NCBI GenBank assembly: GCA_963727485.1
Contig: CAVSGM010000003.1
Location: forward strand, 416,001 to 480,000
Length of the DNA: 64,000 nt
Reading direction: 5' to 3'
Source: an uncultured delta proteobacterium
Lineage (GTDB): Bacteria; Myxococcota; Myxococcia; SLRQ01
Shown: positions 48,453 to 60,300 of the stretch, in pieces
Position numbering within the stretch: position 1 is the stretch's first letter
Layout of the letters: each line of letters begins with the position of its first letter
Made by a program: the position numbers and the translations under genes
The notes under the pieces: model-generated
What the model was told of the DNA's origin: nothing
The model's database searches: none
The model's input: only the letters and a program-made list of their open reading frames with translations

Positions 48453-51337
48453 TCACCCGGCGGCCCGGCGCAGGCGGCACAGGGCGCTCTTGAACTCGGG
48501 GGCGCCGCTGTTGGGCTCCACCACGTCGTGGGTGAGCACGTTGGCGATGGGGCCGGGGTGGGGCCGGGCGTCGCCCCAGGCCCAGTGGACGCTGACCACC
48601 TCCACCGGGCGGCCGTCGACGGTGAGCGGCGGGATGCGGCCGGTGACCACGGCCGGGAGGGTCACCTGGCCCCGGGCGGTCTCCACCACCACCGTCTCGC
48701 CGCCGCGGATGCCCAGGGCGTCGCCGAGGTGGCGGCTCACCTCCACGAAGGGGCCGGAGATGGCCTCGAAGAGGGGCGGGACGCGGGTGGTCACCGTCCC
48801 CGAGAGCCAGTGCTCGACCACGTCGTGGGTGGTGAGGACGTGGGGGTAGTCGGCGACGCGTCCCGCCTCGCGGACCACCCGCACCAAAGGCGAGATGGCG
48901 CGCTCGGGGTGGAGGAGGTTCCCGGCCGGGGACTCCACGGGCTCGTAGTGCTCGGGGAGGGGGCCGTCGAGGAGGACCTTGTCGACCACGGTGCCGTCGG
49001 GGGCGCGGTAGGGGCCCACGAAGAGGCGCGCGACCTGCTCGGCGAGGCGCTTGAAGACGACGGAGCCGGCGGGGGTGCCAGGGCCCTGGGTGGGGTCGGG
49101 GACGTCGGGGACGTCGACGCCGGTCCAGCGGCCCGCCTCGGCGTCCCACCACACGTAGGGGCGCTCGGCGTCGAGGGGCCGGCCCTCGGCGTCGGCGGTG
49201 GCGCGGTTGTAGAGGATGCGGATGTTGTCGGGCCAGGCGAAGGCCCATCCGGCGTGGGGGCCGGAGGCGTCTGCGGGAGGATCGGCGTCGCGGCGCTTCG
49301 TCCGGTTCTCGCCGCCGCCGAAGACGCCGGCGTAGAGCCACTGGCCGCAGGCGACCTGGCCCTCGGGCAGCCGCGCCACCTCCGCCGTCGATTCCAGGAG
49401 CCGGCCGGTCGAGAGGTCGGTGCCGTTGATCTCCTGGAGCACCCGCTCCTCGTCGACCCCCGGGTGGGCGGGCGAGGCGTAGTCCCAGGGGGCCTCGAGG
49501 AGGGGGCGGTCCTTCGGCTCGGGGCTCCCGGCGTAGGCGCGCTGCACCGCCCGGTGGAGGCCGTCGACGATCTCGGCGTCGCTGCGCGCCTCGCCGGGCG
49601 GGTCGATGGCCTGCTCGCCCCACTGGATCCACCGGCCGGAGTTGGTGATGGAGCCCTGCTTCTCGGCGCCGTAGGCCCCGGGGAGCAGGATCACCTCGGT
49701 GTCGACGGTCGACGGGTCGACGCCGGGGCGCTTCCAGAAGGCGGCGGTCTCGGTCTCGAAGAGGTCGATGACCACCAGGGTCTTCAGCCGCGCCAGCGCC
49801 GCGTGGATCGCCGAGGCGTTGGCGGCGCTCACCGCCGGGTTCTCGGCCAGCACCAGGTAGAGGTCGAAGTCGCCCTCCCCCATGCGCGCGAAGGTGTCGG
49901 GCCAGGAGTACTCGGCCGCCGGGCGGTCGATGCGGGGCAACCGATCGTAGCCTGCCGGCGAGCCGTACCAGGCGGTGCACAGCGCGGCGAGGCGCCGGCG
50001 CATCAGGGTGCCGTGGGCCTTTGCGTAGTCGTCGAGGGTGGCGAGGGCCTCGGTGGGCATCGCCAGGTAGCCGGGGAGGATGTGGGGCAGGGCGGCGAGG
50101 TCGGAGATCCCTGGACGTTGCTCTCGCCCCGGCAGGCGTTGAGGCCCCCGCCGGGCCGGCCCACGTTGCCCAGGAGGAGCTGGAGGATGGCGTAGCAGCG
50201 GATGGCCTGGGAGCCGGTGGTGTGCTGGGTCATGCCCAGGGCGTAGAGGATGGTGCCCGGGCGGTTCGCGACGAGCAGCTCGGCGATCTCCTGGATCTTC
50301 GCCGCGGGGATGCCGGTGATGCGCTCGGCCAGCTCGAAGGTGTAGCGGGCGAAGTGGGCGCGCATGGCGGCGAGCACCGTGCCGCCCGCCTCCAGGTCCT
50401 CGGCCCGCTCCGGGGTGCCGTCGGCGGCGAGGCGGTAGCCCCAGGTCTCGGTGTCGTAGCGGCCGGTGGCCCCGGCGTGCTCGGGCTCACGCCACCCGGT
50501 GAACAGTCCGTCGGCGAACCCGAAGCCGTCGTGGAGGCGGAAGGTCGCGTTGGTGTGGCCGGTGACGAAGTCGGCGTCGTAGGCCCGGGTCTCCAGGACG
50601 TGGCGGATGATGGCCCCGAGGTAGACGAGGTCGGTGCCCGGGCGGATCTGGGCGTAGGTCGTGGCCATGGCCGCGGTGCGGGTGAAGCGCGGGTCGACGC
50701 AGACGAGCTTCGCTCCGCCCTCGACCGCCCGCATCACGTGGCGGAAGCCCAGGGGGTGGTTCTCCGCCGGGTTGCCGCCGCCGACGAGGATCACCTTGGC
50801 ATTGGCGATGTCGGTCCAGTGGTCGGACATGGCCCCGAGGCCGAACGTGGGCGCCACACTGGCGACCGTGGGGCTGTGTCATATGGACGCCTGGTGCTGC
50901 AGGTGGTGGATGCCCCACAGCCGGAGGAGCTTGACCCAGAGGTAGACCTCCTCGTTCTCCACCGTGGCCGAGCCAAACGCCACCACCCGCTCGCACCGGC
51001 GCAGGGCCTCGCTCCAGGAGGCGTCGCGGACCTCGCGCAGGCGCGCGGCGACCTTCCCCAGGGCCTCGTCCCAGGTGAGGGTCCGCCACTCGGCGCTCCC
51101 GGGGGCGCGGTAGAGGGGCCGGGTGACCCGGTCGGGGGCGCGGTTCACCTCGGCGCTGGTCATGCCCTTGGGGCACAGCCGCCCGCCGTTGACCGGGTGC
51201 GCCGGGTCGCCGTCGAGGTAGACGAGGCGCCCGGCGTCGTCGACGTGGGCCTCGAGGCCGCAGCCCACCGAGCAGTAGTGGCAGCGGATGGGGACGGCGC
51301 GGGTGCCGTCGAGGCGGCCTGGCTGCGGCGGGGGCAC
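48453..51337 (-). CDS. fdnG: selenocysteine-containing formate dehydrogenase alpha subunit (Sec TGA 50879-50881; frameshift near 50110)
   Basis: CHYCSVGC...LCPKG, then HQASI-U-HSPTVASVAPTFGLGAMSDHWTDI, GGNPAENHP, RGESNVQG, WAFAWPDNIRILYNRA, PEHYEP and PEFKSALC. Confidence 0.92.
50849..50878 (-). promoter_or_regulatory. bacterial SECIS element
   Basis: Reads UGA CACAGCCCCACGGUCGCCAGUGUGGCGCCC. Stem CGCC(A)/(U)GGCG, bulged U at 17 and apical G23/U24 counting from the U of UGA, as in the E. coli fdhF SECIS. Confidence 0.85.
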
Positions 51338-51497
51338 GGCGCCGATCGTAGTCCACCGGCCGCCGCGGGGGAACGCCCTGGCCCGAGGCGCCGGGTTGCC
51401 TAACGTCACGGGAGAACGGCGTCGCTCACGGACCGGGGGGACCGGGGGAGGGTGGCGCCCGACGGCGGGCCGCCGGTGCTCGCCGGAGAGGAGAGCC

Positions 51498-53967
51498 ATG
51501 TCCGCTCACGCCAGGTACATCCGCTTCTTCGATGAGATTGGCCTCGACGACCTCCCGCTGGTGGGCGGGAAGAACGCCTCCCTGGGCGAGATGGTCCAGG
51601 CCCTGGTCCCGCGCGGGGTGAAGGTCCCGGGCGGCTTCGCCACCACCGCCGACGCCTGGCGCGCCTTCCTCGCGGCGAACGACCTGGTGCCGCGGCTCCG
51701 CGACGCCCTCGCCGGCCTCGACCCGGACGACACCGACGACCTCGCCCGGCGCGGCGCCCGGTGCCGGGAGCTGGTCTACGAGGCGCCGCTCCCTGGCGAC
51801 CTCTCCCGGGAGATCCACGAAGCCTACGCCCAGCTCAAGGCCGAGTACGGCGAGCGGCTCACGGTGGCGGTGCGCTCGAGCGCCACCGCCGAGGACCTCC
51901 CCGACGTGAGCTTCGCCGGGGCCCACGAGAGCTTCCTCCACGTCCACGGCGAGGGGCCGCTCCTCGACGCGGTCCGCCGCTGCTACGCCAGCCTCTTCAC
52001 CGACCGGGCCATCAGCTACCGCATCCACAACGGCTTCGACCACTTCCAGGTGGCCCTCTCGGTGGGCATCCAGAAGATGGTGCGCTCGGACCTCGCCTCG
52101 AGCGGGGTCATCTTCACCCTCGACACCGAGAGTGGCTTCCGGGACGTGGTCTTCCTCACCGGGAGCTGGGGCCTGGGGGAGAACATCGTCCAGGGCGCGG
52201 TGGATCCCGACGAGTTCTACGTGTTCAAGCCCACCTTCGAGGCGGGGCACCGGGCGGTGCTGCGGCGGAGCCTCGGTTCCAAGAAGGTGAAGATGGTCTA
52301 CGCCGAGCGCGGGGCCGCCGGCGGCACCCGCAACGTGCCGGTGCCCCACGCGGACCAGACGCGCTTCTGCCTCTCCGATGAGGAGGTGCTGAAGCTCACC
52401 GACTACGCCCTCGAGGTGGAGAAGCATTACTCGAAGCGCGCCGGGAAGGACCGCCCCATGGACCTGGAGTGGGCCAAGGACGGCGTCGACGGCGAGCTCT
52501 ACCTGGTGCAGGCGCGGCCGGAGACGGTGATCTCCCAGCGCACCGGGATGGTGCTGGAGCGCTACCGCCTGGACGGCACCGGTGAGGTGCTCACCACCGG
52601 CCGGGCGGTGGGCGAGAAGATCGCCAGCGGCCCGGTGCGGGTGGCCTTGAGCCTCGACGGCCTCGCCGACTTCAAGACCGGCGAGGTCCTGGTCACCGAC
52701 ACCACCACCCCCGACTGGGAGCCGGTGATGAAGCGGGCGGCCGCCATCGTCACCAACCGGGGCGGGCGCACCTGCCACGCGGCGATCGTCGCCCGGGAGC
52801 TGGGGGTCCCGGCGGTGGTCGGCGCCGAGGACGCCACCCGCAGGCTGGAGCACAAGCGGGCGGTGACGGTGAGCTGTGCCGAGGGGGACGAGGGGCGCGT
52901 CTACCAGGGCGAGGTGCCCTTCTCGGTGGACCGCACCGACCTCTCGGGGATCGAGATGCCGAGGACCAAGGTGATGGTGAACCTCGGCAACCCCGACCTC
53001 GCCTTCAAGGTGGGCCAGCTCCCCAGCGACGGGGTGGGCCTGGCGCGGATGGAGTTCATCATCTCCGAGCACATCAAGATCCATCCCATGGCGCTGGTGC
53101 ACCCGGAGCGTGTGGAGGACGAGCTGGAGAAGCTGGAGATCCAGCGGCTCACCGCCGGCTACGACGACCCCACCGAGTACTTCGTGGAGCGCCTCGCCGA
53201 GGGGGTGGGCACCATCGCCGCCGCCTTCCACCCCCGGCCGGTGGTGGTGCGCATGAGCGACTTCAAGACCAACGAGTACGCGAGCCTCCTGGGCGGCGCG
53301 GCCTTCGAGCCCGCCGAGTCGAACCCGATGATCGGCTTCCGGGGCGCCTCGCGCTACACCCACCCCGCCTACGCCGAGGGCTTCGCCATGGAGTGCGCGG
53401 CGATGAAGCGGGTGCGCGAGGACATGGGGTTGACCAACGTGCACCTGATGATCCCCTTCTGCCGCCGGGTGGAGGAGGGGGCCCGGGTGGTCGAGCACAT
53501 GGCGGAGCTGGGGCTCGAGCGGGGGAAGGACGACCTCGCAGATCTACGTGATGTGCGAGATCCCCAACAACGTGATCCAGCTCGACGCCTTCGCCGAGCA
53601 CTTCGACGGGTTCTCCATCGGCTCCAACGACCTCACCCAGCTCACCCTGGGCGTCGATCGCGACTCGGCGCTGGTGGCCTTCGACTACGACGAGCGGGAC
53701 CCGGGGGTGATGGAGATGATCCGCCTCGCGGTCGAGGGGTGCCAGCGCACTGGGCGCCACTCGGGATTCTGCGGCCAGGCGCCGTCCGACTACCCGGAGA
53801 TGGCGGCGTATCTCGTGGAGCTGGGCATCGACTCCATGAGCGTCACCCCGGACACCCTGGTCCAGACCCTGGTCCACGTGGGCGAGGTGGAGAAGCGCCT
53901 GGGGCGGGCGAAGGCGGCGGCGCGCAAGCCGCCGCGCGGGGAGCCTGGGCGGGCGGAGGCGCGGTGA
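51498..53967 (+). CDS. ppsA: phosphoenolpyruvate synthase (frameshift near 53540)
   Basis: VGGKNASLGEM, AVRSSATAED, GGRTCHAAIVARE, NPMIGFRG, MCEIP and FSIGSNDLTQ motifs. Confidence 0.95.
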
Positions 53968-54041
53968 CCCTGCGGGGGCGAACCTTGCCGATTGGTCATC
54001 TTTCTCAACCTGGCGCCGGTGCCTCTGTTAGCGTCCGGCCC

Positions 54042-54989
54042 ATGGCGACGATCACCGAAGAGACGCTCGGCGACCGCACCGCGTACACCCTGGCGGTCCC
54101 CGAGGCCCGGCTCGAGGCGCAGGTGGTGCCCTCGTTGGCGATGGTGGTGCCGGCCCTGCGGCATCGCGGGGAGGACCTCCTCGACGCGCGCGACGGCCTC
54201 TCGGCCTACGCCGAGCGCGGGGCGACCCTGGGCGTGCCCCTGCTCTTCCCCTGGGCCAACCGCCTGGGCGGGATGCGTTACCGGGCCGGGGGCGCGGCGG
54301 TGGAGCTGCCCGCCGGCTCGCCGCTGCTGCACCTCGACGGCCACGGGCTGCCGATCCATGGCGCCGGACCCCGGTTCCTGCCCTTCACCGTCGCCGGCAC
54401 CGAGGCCACGGCGGAGGGGGCGTCGGTGCGCGGGGTCTTCGAGAGCGCCTTGCACCCGGAGGTCCACGCCCTCTACCCCTTCGACTACCGGCTCACGGTG
54501 ACGGTGGGCCTCGACGCCCGGGGGCTCTCGGTGGACGCGGTCCTCGAGGCCAAAGGCGACGACCCGGTGCCGGTGAGCTTCGGCTGGCACCCCTACCTCA
54601 CGGTCCCCGGGGCGCCCCGGGAGACCTGGCGCATCGAGATCCCCGCGGGGCGCCACCTCCAGCTCGACGGACGCATGATCCCCACCGGGCTGATGGACCC
54701 CGCGGGCGACCTCGACGGGGCCCTCGGCGACCGGACCTTCGACGATGGGTACACGGCGCTGGTGGCCGGGCGGCCGTTCGCGGTGGCCGGGGGCGGGCGG
54801 CGCCTGGAGGTCCGCTTCGAGGCCGGGTGCCCCTTCGCCCAGGTCTACGCCCCCGAGGCCTCGCGGTTCATCTGCTTCGAGCCGATGACGGCACCCACGG
54901 GCGCCCTGGACAGCGCCTGGGCCCTGCCGATGGTGGCGCCCGGTGAGCGGTACCAGGCCGCCTTCCGGGTCGACGTCTCCGAGACCTGA
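54042..54989 (+). CDS. aldose 1-epimerase family protein
   Basis: LFPWANRL, IHG, GWHPY, FDDGY and CFEPMT motifs. The ORF track fuses it to ppsA only because of the frameshift. Confidence 0.9.
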   Translation: MATITEETLGDRTAYTLAVPEARLEAQVVPSLAMVVPALRHRGEDLLDARDGLSAYAERGATLGVPLLFPWANRLGGMRYRAGGAAVELPAGSPLLHLDGHGLPIHGAGPRFLPFTVAGTEATAEGASVRGVFESALHPEVHALYPFDYRLTVTVGLDARGLSVDAVLEAKGDDPVPVSFGWHPYLTVPGAPRETWRIEIPAGRHLQLDGRMIPTGLMDPAGDLDGALGDRTFDDGYTALVAGRPFAVAGGGRRLEVRFEAGCPFAQVYAPEASRFICFEPMTAPTGALDSAWALPMVAPGERYQAAFRVDVSET

Positions 54990-55033
54990 CGCCGGGCTGG
55001 CGAAGCGGCGCGCGCCGCCTATGCTACCGCCCC

Positions 55034-56017
55034 ATGAACACACGCGAGCTGGGTCGGACGGGCATCGAGATCTCACCCCTGGGCCTGGGGTGCTGGCAGT
55101 TCTCCGAGGGCAAGGGGCTGGTGGGCGGCTTCTGGCCGGCGCTCCCGCCCGACGTGGTGCAAGGCATCGTGCACACCTCGCTTGCGGGCGGGATCACCTG
55201 GTTCGACACCGCCGAGGCCTACGGCGGCGGCAAGTCGGAGGCGGCGCTGGCCCGGGCCCTGAAGGCCGAGGGCAAGGCGCCCGGCTCGGTGGTGGTCGCG
55301 ACCAAGTGGATGCCCTTCGGGCGCACGGCCGGGAACATCGGCAAGACCATCGGCGACCGGCTCCGGTACCTCGACGGCTACCCCATCGACCTCTACCAGG
55401 TGCACCAGGCGATGGGGGCGCTCGCCACCCACGCCGCGGAGATGGACGCCATGGCCGACCTGGTCGAGGCCGCCAAGGTGAAGAGCGTGGGCATCAGCAA
55501 CTTCAACGCCAGCCAGATGCGCACCTGCCACGAGGCGCTGGCGAAGCGGGGGCTGCCGCTGGCGTCGAACCAGATGAAGTACAGCCTCCTCGACCGGCGC
55601 ATCGAGGGCAACGGGGTGATGGACGCGGCCAAGGAGCTGGGGGTGACCATCATCGCCTACTCGCCGCTGGCCCAGGGGCTCCTGTCGGGGAAGTTCCACG
55701 ACGACCCGTCGCTCATCAAGAACCGGCCCGGGCCGCGCAAGTGGATGCCGGCGTTCCGGGACAGCGGGCTCGAGCGCAGCAAGCCGGTGGTCGAGGTGGT
55801 GCGGCGCATCGCCGAGAGGCACGGGGTCACGCCGTCGCAGGTGGCGCTGAACTGGCTGGTGACCTTCCACGGGGACACGGTGGTGGCAATCCCGGGGGCG
55901 TCGAAGGTGAAGCACGCCGAGGAGAACGTGGGGGCGCTCTCGTTCCAGCTCTCCGACGCCGAGCTCGCCGAGATCGACGAGGTGAGCCGCCCGTTCATCG
56001 AGAAGGCCGGGGGCTGA
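55034..56017 (+). CDS. aldo/keto reductase
   Basis: LGLGCW, FDTAEAYG, ATK, IDLYQVH, GISNF and AYSPLAQG motifs. Confidence 0.93.
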   Translation: MNTRELGRTGIEISPLGLGCWQFSEGKGLVGGFWPALPPDVVQGIVHTSLAGGITWFDTAEAYGGGKSEAALARALKAEGKAPGSVVVATKWMPFGRTAGNIGKTIGDRLRYLDGYPIDLYQVHQAMGALATHAAEMDAMADLVEAAKVKSVGISNFNASQMRTCHEALAKRGLPLASNQMKYSLLDRRIEGNGVMDAAKELGVTIIAYSPLAQGLLSGKFHDDPSLIKNRPGPRKWMPAFRDSGLERSKPVVEVVRRIAERHGVTPSQVALNWLVTFHGDTVVAIPGASKVKHAEENVGALSFQLSDAELAEIDEVSRPFIEKAGG

Positions 56018-56031
56018 TAAGGTCCCGGCCC

Positions 56032-57259
56032 ATGTCCGACACCGAAGGGAAGCGCCGGGTCCTGGTCACGGTCACCGGCCGCGACGTCCACGGCATCACC
56101 GCCTCGCTCACCGGCGCCATCGACGAGTCCCACGCCGAGCTCCTCGACCTGGAGCAGGTGGTGGTCCAGGGCCAGCTCACCCTCTGCCTGCTCTTGGAGC
56201 TCGACCCCTCGTCCAAGGCCGGCGAGCCGGTGCTCAAGGACCTCCTGTTCACCGCCAACGCCCGGGGCCTGGACATGCGCTTCGAGGTCCTCGACGGCGA
56301 CGCGCCCCTGGACCCGCCGGGCGAGCGCTTCGCGGTGACGCTGCTTGGGCAACCCGCTGGGCGCCAGCGGGCTCCACCGGGTGGCCGACGTCCTGGCGGC
56401 GCACCAGGCGAACATCGAGCACATCCGCCGCCTCTCCGAGGACCGGCTGACGTCGCTCGAGATCCAGGTGGCGCTGCCGGTGGGGGCCACCGAGTCCTCG
56501 CTCCTCCGGGCGGCGCTCCTGGAGGCGGCGAGCGGGCGGGGCATCGACATCGCGGTGCAGCCCGAGACCCTCACCCGGCGCAGCAAGCGCCTGGTGGTCA
56601 TGGACATGGACTCGACCCTCATCCAGATCGAGGTCATCGACGAGCTGGCGCGCCTCCACGGGGTGGCCGACGAGGTGGCGGCGGTGACGCGCCGGGCGAT
56701 GGCCGGTGAGCTGGACTTCGAGGAGAGCCTCCGGGCGCGGGTGGCCAAGCTCGAGGGCCTGGAGTGGGAGAAGTGCCTGAAGCTCGCCGAGCACCTGCCT
56801 CTGACCGACGGCGCCCGGGAGATGCTGGCGGTGCTCCGGCGCCTCGGGTTCAAGACCGGGGTCATCAGCGGCGGGTTCACCTTCGGCGCCAACGCGCTGA
56901 AGCGCGAGCTGGGCCTGGACTACGCCTACGCCAACGAGCTCGAGGTGCGCGACGGGAAGCTCACGGGCAAGGTGCTCGGGTCCATCGTGGGGGCGCAGCG
57001 CAAGGCGGACCTCCTGGAGGCGGTGGCGCAGCAGGAGGGGATCCCGCTCGACCAGACCATCGCCATCGGCGACGGGGCCAACGACCTGCCGATGCTGGAG
57101 CGGGCGGGGCTGGGGATCGCCTACCGGGCCAAGCCCAAGGTGCGGGCGAGCGCGGACACGGCGGTGAGCGCCGGGGGGCTCGACCGGATCCTCTACCTGC
57201 TGGGGCTGCACGGGCGGGACGTGCGGCGGCTGCTGGATCAGGAGCGGGGCGTGGGCTAG
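56032..57259 (+). CDS. serB: phosphoserine phosphatase with ACT domains (frameshift near 56350)
   Basis: VTVTGRD ACT domain, DMDSTLIQIEVIDE, ISGGF and GDGANDL. Confidence 0.94.
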
Positions 57260-57355
57260 GTTCCGGGCCCGAGGTGTGGGTCCTTAGGTTCCTTTACGCC
57301 TACAGGGGGTTATCGCCTACTCTACCGACTGGACCGATCGGCAGAGAGGACGGCG

Positions 57356-60300
57356 ATGACGGGAGGACGGCGCTGGCTCGAGGCGGTGGTGGTGGTGTGC
57401 GCGGCGCTGGCGGCGACCCCCGCCTCGGCCCAGACGGCAACCCAGCGCGGGCTCGACTGGCTGCTGGCGCAGCAGGGGCCGGACGGGAGCTTTGGCGCGT
57501 CGACCGGCGAGAACCCGGTGCTGGCGACGTCGGAGGCGGTCCTGGCGTTGCGGGCCGAGGGGATGGGCGCGAGCGAGCAGGTGCAGGCGGCGGAGCTGTG
57601 GCTGTCGTTTCAGCATCCGGCTGACACGGACCTGGAAGCGCGGCGGTTGTGGGCGCTGCGAGACGGGCCGCTCCTTGACGAGGCGGGGATGGAGGCCCTG
57701 GCGGCCCGGGTCCTGGCGGACGGTCCAACGGGGCCCGATGCCGGGATGCGCACCGGCTGGGTGCCAACGCCGGACGTGCTGTCCCTGGCGCTCCTGGCCC
57801 TGGTTCCGGCCGATGGCTCGCGCGTGTCGTTGCCGTGGCTCCCCGCCGGCGGAGCGGGCGGGGGACCTGAGGCGTTTCAGGATCCAGGGCTCGTCCTCCT
57901 GAACATGGGACGCACCGACGGGTTCGGCCTCGTGGACTCGGCGAGCGATCCCTCGACCACCGGGATGGTCGGGGAGGCGCTCCGGCCCTTTCGCAGAATC
58001 CCTGGTTCCCTGGCCGGATCGATCTCGCGATCAGCGCCGGCGTATTGGCCAAGCAGCAGCCGTCGGGAGAGATCGGCGACGGCGCGCAGCCGGTCCTCGA
58101 CACCGCTCACGGGCTCCTCGCTCTCGCGGGCCTCGATGCCTCACGGTTCACGCAGAGCATTTCCACCGCAGGTGCCCGCGCCGACGGTTTCCTCGAAGGC
58201 GCACAGCGAAACGACGGAAGCTGGGGCGGGGGCGCATACGAGACGGCACTGGTGCTGCGTGCCCTGGGTTCACGGCTCCCCGACTACCGGGCCCCGACGG
58301 ACGAGCTGGGGCAGACCCACATCGCCCTGACCCCGTCAGCGCCCCTCGCCGGGCAGCAGGTGGTCGCCCGCGTCGAGGTGCAGGAGGCATCGACGACGTC
58401 CTCGCCCCCGACGACCGTCCGTCTGGTGGCTACGCCAGCGAATGGCGGCTCCCCCCTCACGCTCGCCGAGGTCCCCCTGGCGGCCCTGGCCGGGGGCACG
58501 AGCACGTATGTGGCGATGCCGTTCACGACCGCCGGGCTCTCGGGTGACTATCGGCTGGCTGCGACGTGCGATCCCGACCACCGGGTGCCGGAGATTCTGG
58601 AGACGAACAACGTCACCACAGGGGAGCTGCATGTCGTGAACACGGTGGATTCGGCGATTCCATCGTCGGATATCCACTTCGCTGACGGCGGCGCAGGTAG
58701 CGTACGGGTGGATGCGACGGTGCACGCCCTTGGGCAAGCCGTCACCACGCCGTTCGACGTGGCATTCTACATGGGCAGCCCGGGGAGCGGTGGCGCGCTC
58801 CTGGGCCGGGTTGCGCTCGCCTCGGTCGCCGCCGGAGGGTCCACCATTGCGTCGGTTACCTGGGACACGTCACACGTGGGCGGACCAACATCCGTGTACG
58901 CGGTCGTGGACCCCGGGCACGCGGTGACGGAGGCCACGACCGCAGACAACCAGGCGTTCCGGATCTACTTCCCAGGCTTGGAGAAGCAGGTGAGCCTGGC
59001 CGTGTACGACACGGACATCGTCCAGACGCCGAGACCGGCGTTCCCGGGAGACACGGTTGGCATCGATGTCCCCGTGCACAATCTCGCATCCAATGACGCC
59101 CAGCGGGTCCAGGTGGCGTTGGAGACGCCCGCGGGGATGCCCTACTCCGAGCTGGAGCTGGACCGCATCCCCGCCGGCGGGGTCGTGCACGCACACTTCA
59201 GCCTTCCGCTCGAGAACAGGACCGATGTGGTGGCGGTGGTGGACCCCGATGGCCTCCAGAATGACGCGACACGGTCCGACAATCGCGCCGCCTACTCGCT
59301 GCTGGTGAGTGATCAGGCTCATCCCATCGACGTCCGGGTCCAGACCCTGCTCTTTGCCAGCGGTGTCTTTCAAACGCCCCAGACCGTCACGGTCTACGCC
59401 GACGAGGCGGGCACCTCGGCCGTGGACACCAGCGTGGCGCTCTTCCGGGGAGATCCGGTCTTCGGTGGGGCCCAGGAGCTGGCGCGCCAGCCGGTACACA
59501 TCAAGGGGATCAAGAGTGGTGTCGCCGGCTCGGTCCGTCTCTCCTTCCCGGGGATCGTGCTCTCCGACGGTGAGACCCTCACCGCGTGCGTCGATCCCGA
59601 CCACACCCTGGCCGATGCCTTTCCTGACGACAACTGCATGAGCGTGACGGGTTCGACGGGCCGCAGCGACGTCGCCATCGACACTCGCGGCATCCAGATC
59701 AATCCAGTGGGTCCAGACGTCGGCGAGCCGATGACCGTGACGGCCGCCGTGCGAGAGCTCAGCGGGCATGACGCCTCGGGGGTCGCGAGGGTGTGGCAGG
59801 GGCGCCCCGGGTTCGAGGGCTCTCGGATCCTGGGGCAGAGGAAGTTCCACGTACCGGGCGGAGGCAAGACGACCCTCTCGTGGCGCCTCCTCCGGCCAAA
59901 GGGTGACTCGAACCTCTGGGTCGCGCTCACGGATGTGAACCCCGTGGACGCCGGCGAGTATCAGGACCTCGGATCCAACAACTTCGCCGTGCGCAACGTG
60001 TACCTCAAGGCCCTGATCGACACCGGACGCCGGTTCGGTCCGAGCAGGCTCATCTGGGCCACGGGGCCCGTGGTCGGCGACATCCAGGGAACCGGGCGTC
60101 CCGCCGTCGTCTTCGGGGAACACGCAGATGACGGAGTGCACGTAACCGCCATGTCCCTGTCCAAGGACGGCACACAGACGGAGCTGTGGAGCACCATCGT
60201 GGGCCCAGCCACCTACTCGGTCAGGACTCCGGTGCTGGCGGACCTGACGGGAGACGGACACCCGGACGTCCTGGTGGCGACCGCTGGCGTGGGAGGCACC

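Noticed and set aside
50879..50881. fdnG as a nonsense pseudogene
   Set aside because: The TGA sits at the Sec position and is followed by a SECIS.
51288..54989. 1233-aa PpsA-aldose epimerase fusion in the ORF track
   Set aside because: A frameshift near 53540 causes it. The PpsA C-terminus lies in another frame ending at 53967, and the epimerase has its own start at 54042.
57440..58260. QW repeats as a squalene-hopene cyclase linked to the MMPL
   Set aside because: There is no DXDD catalytic motif, the domain is short, and it is part of a secreted CARDB protein.
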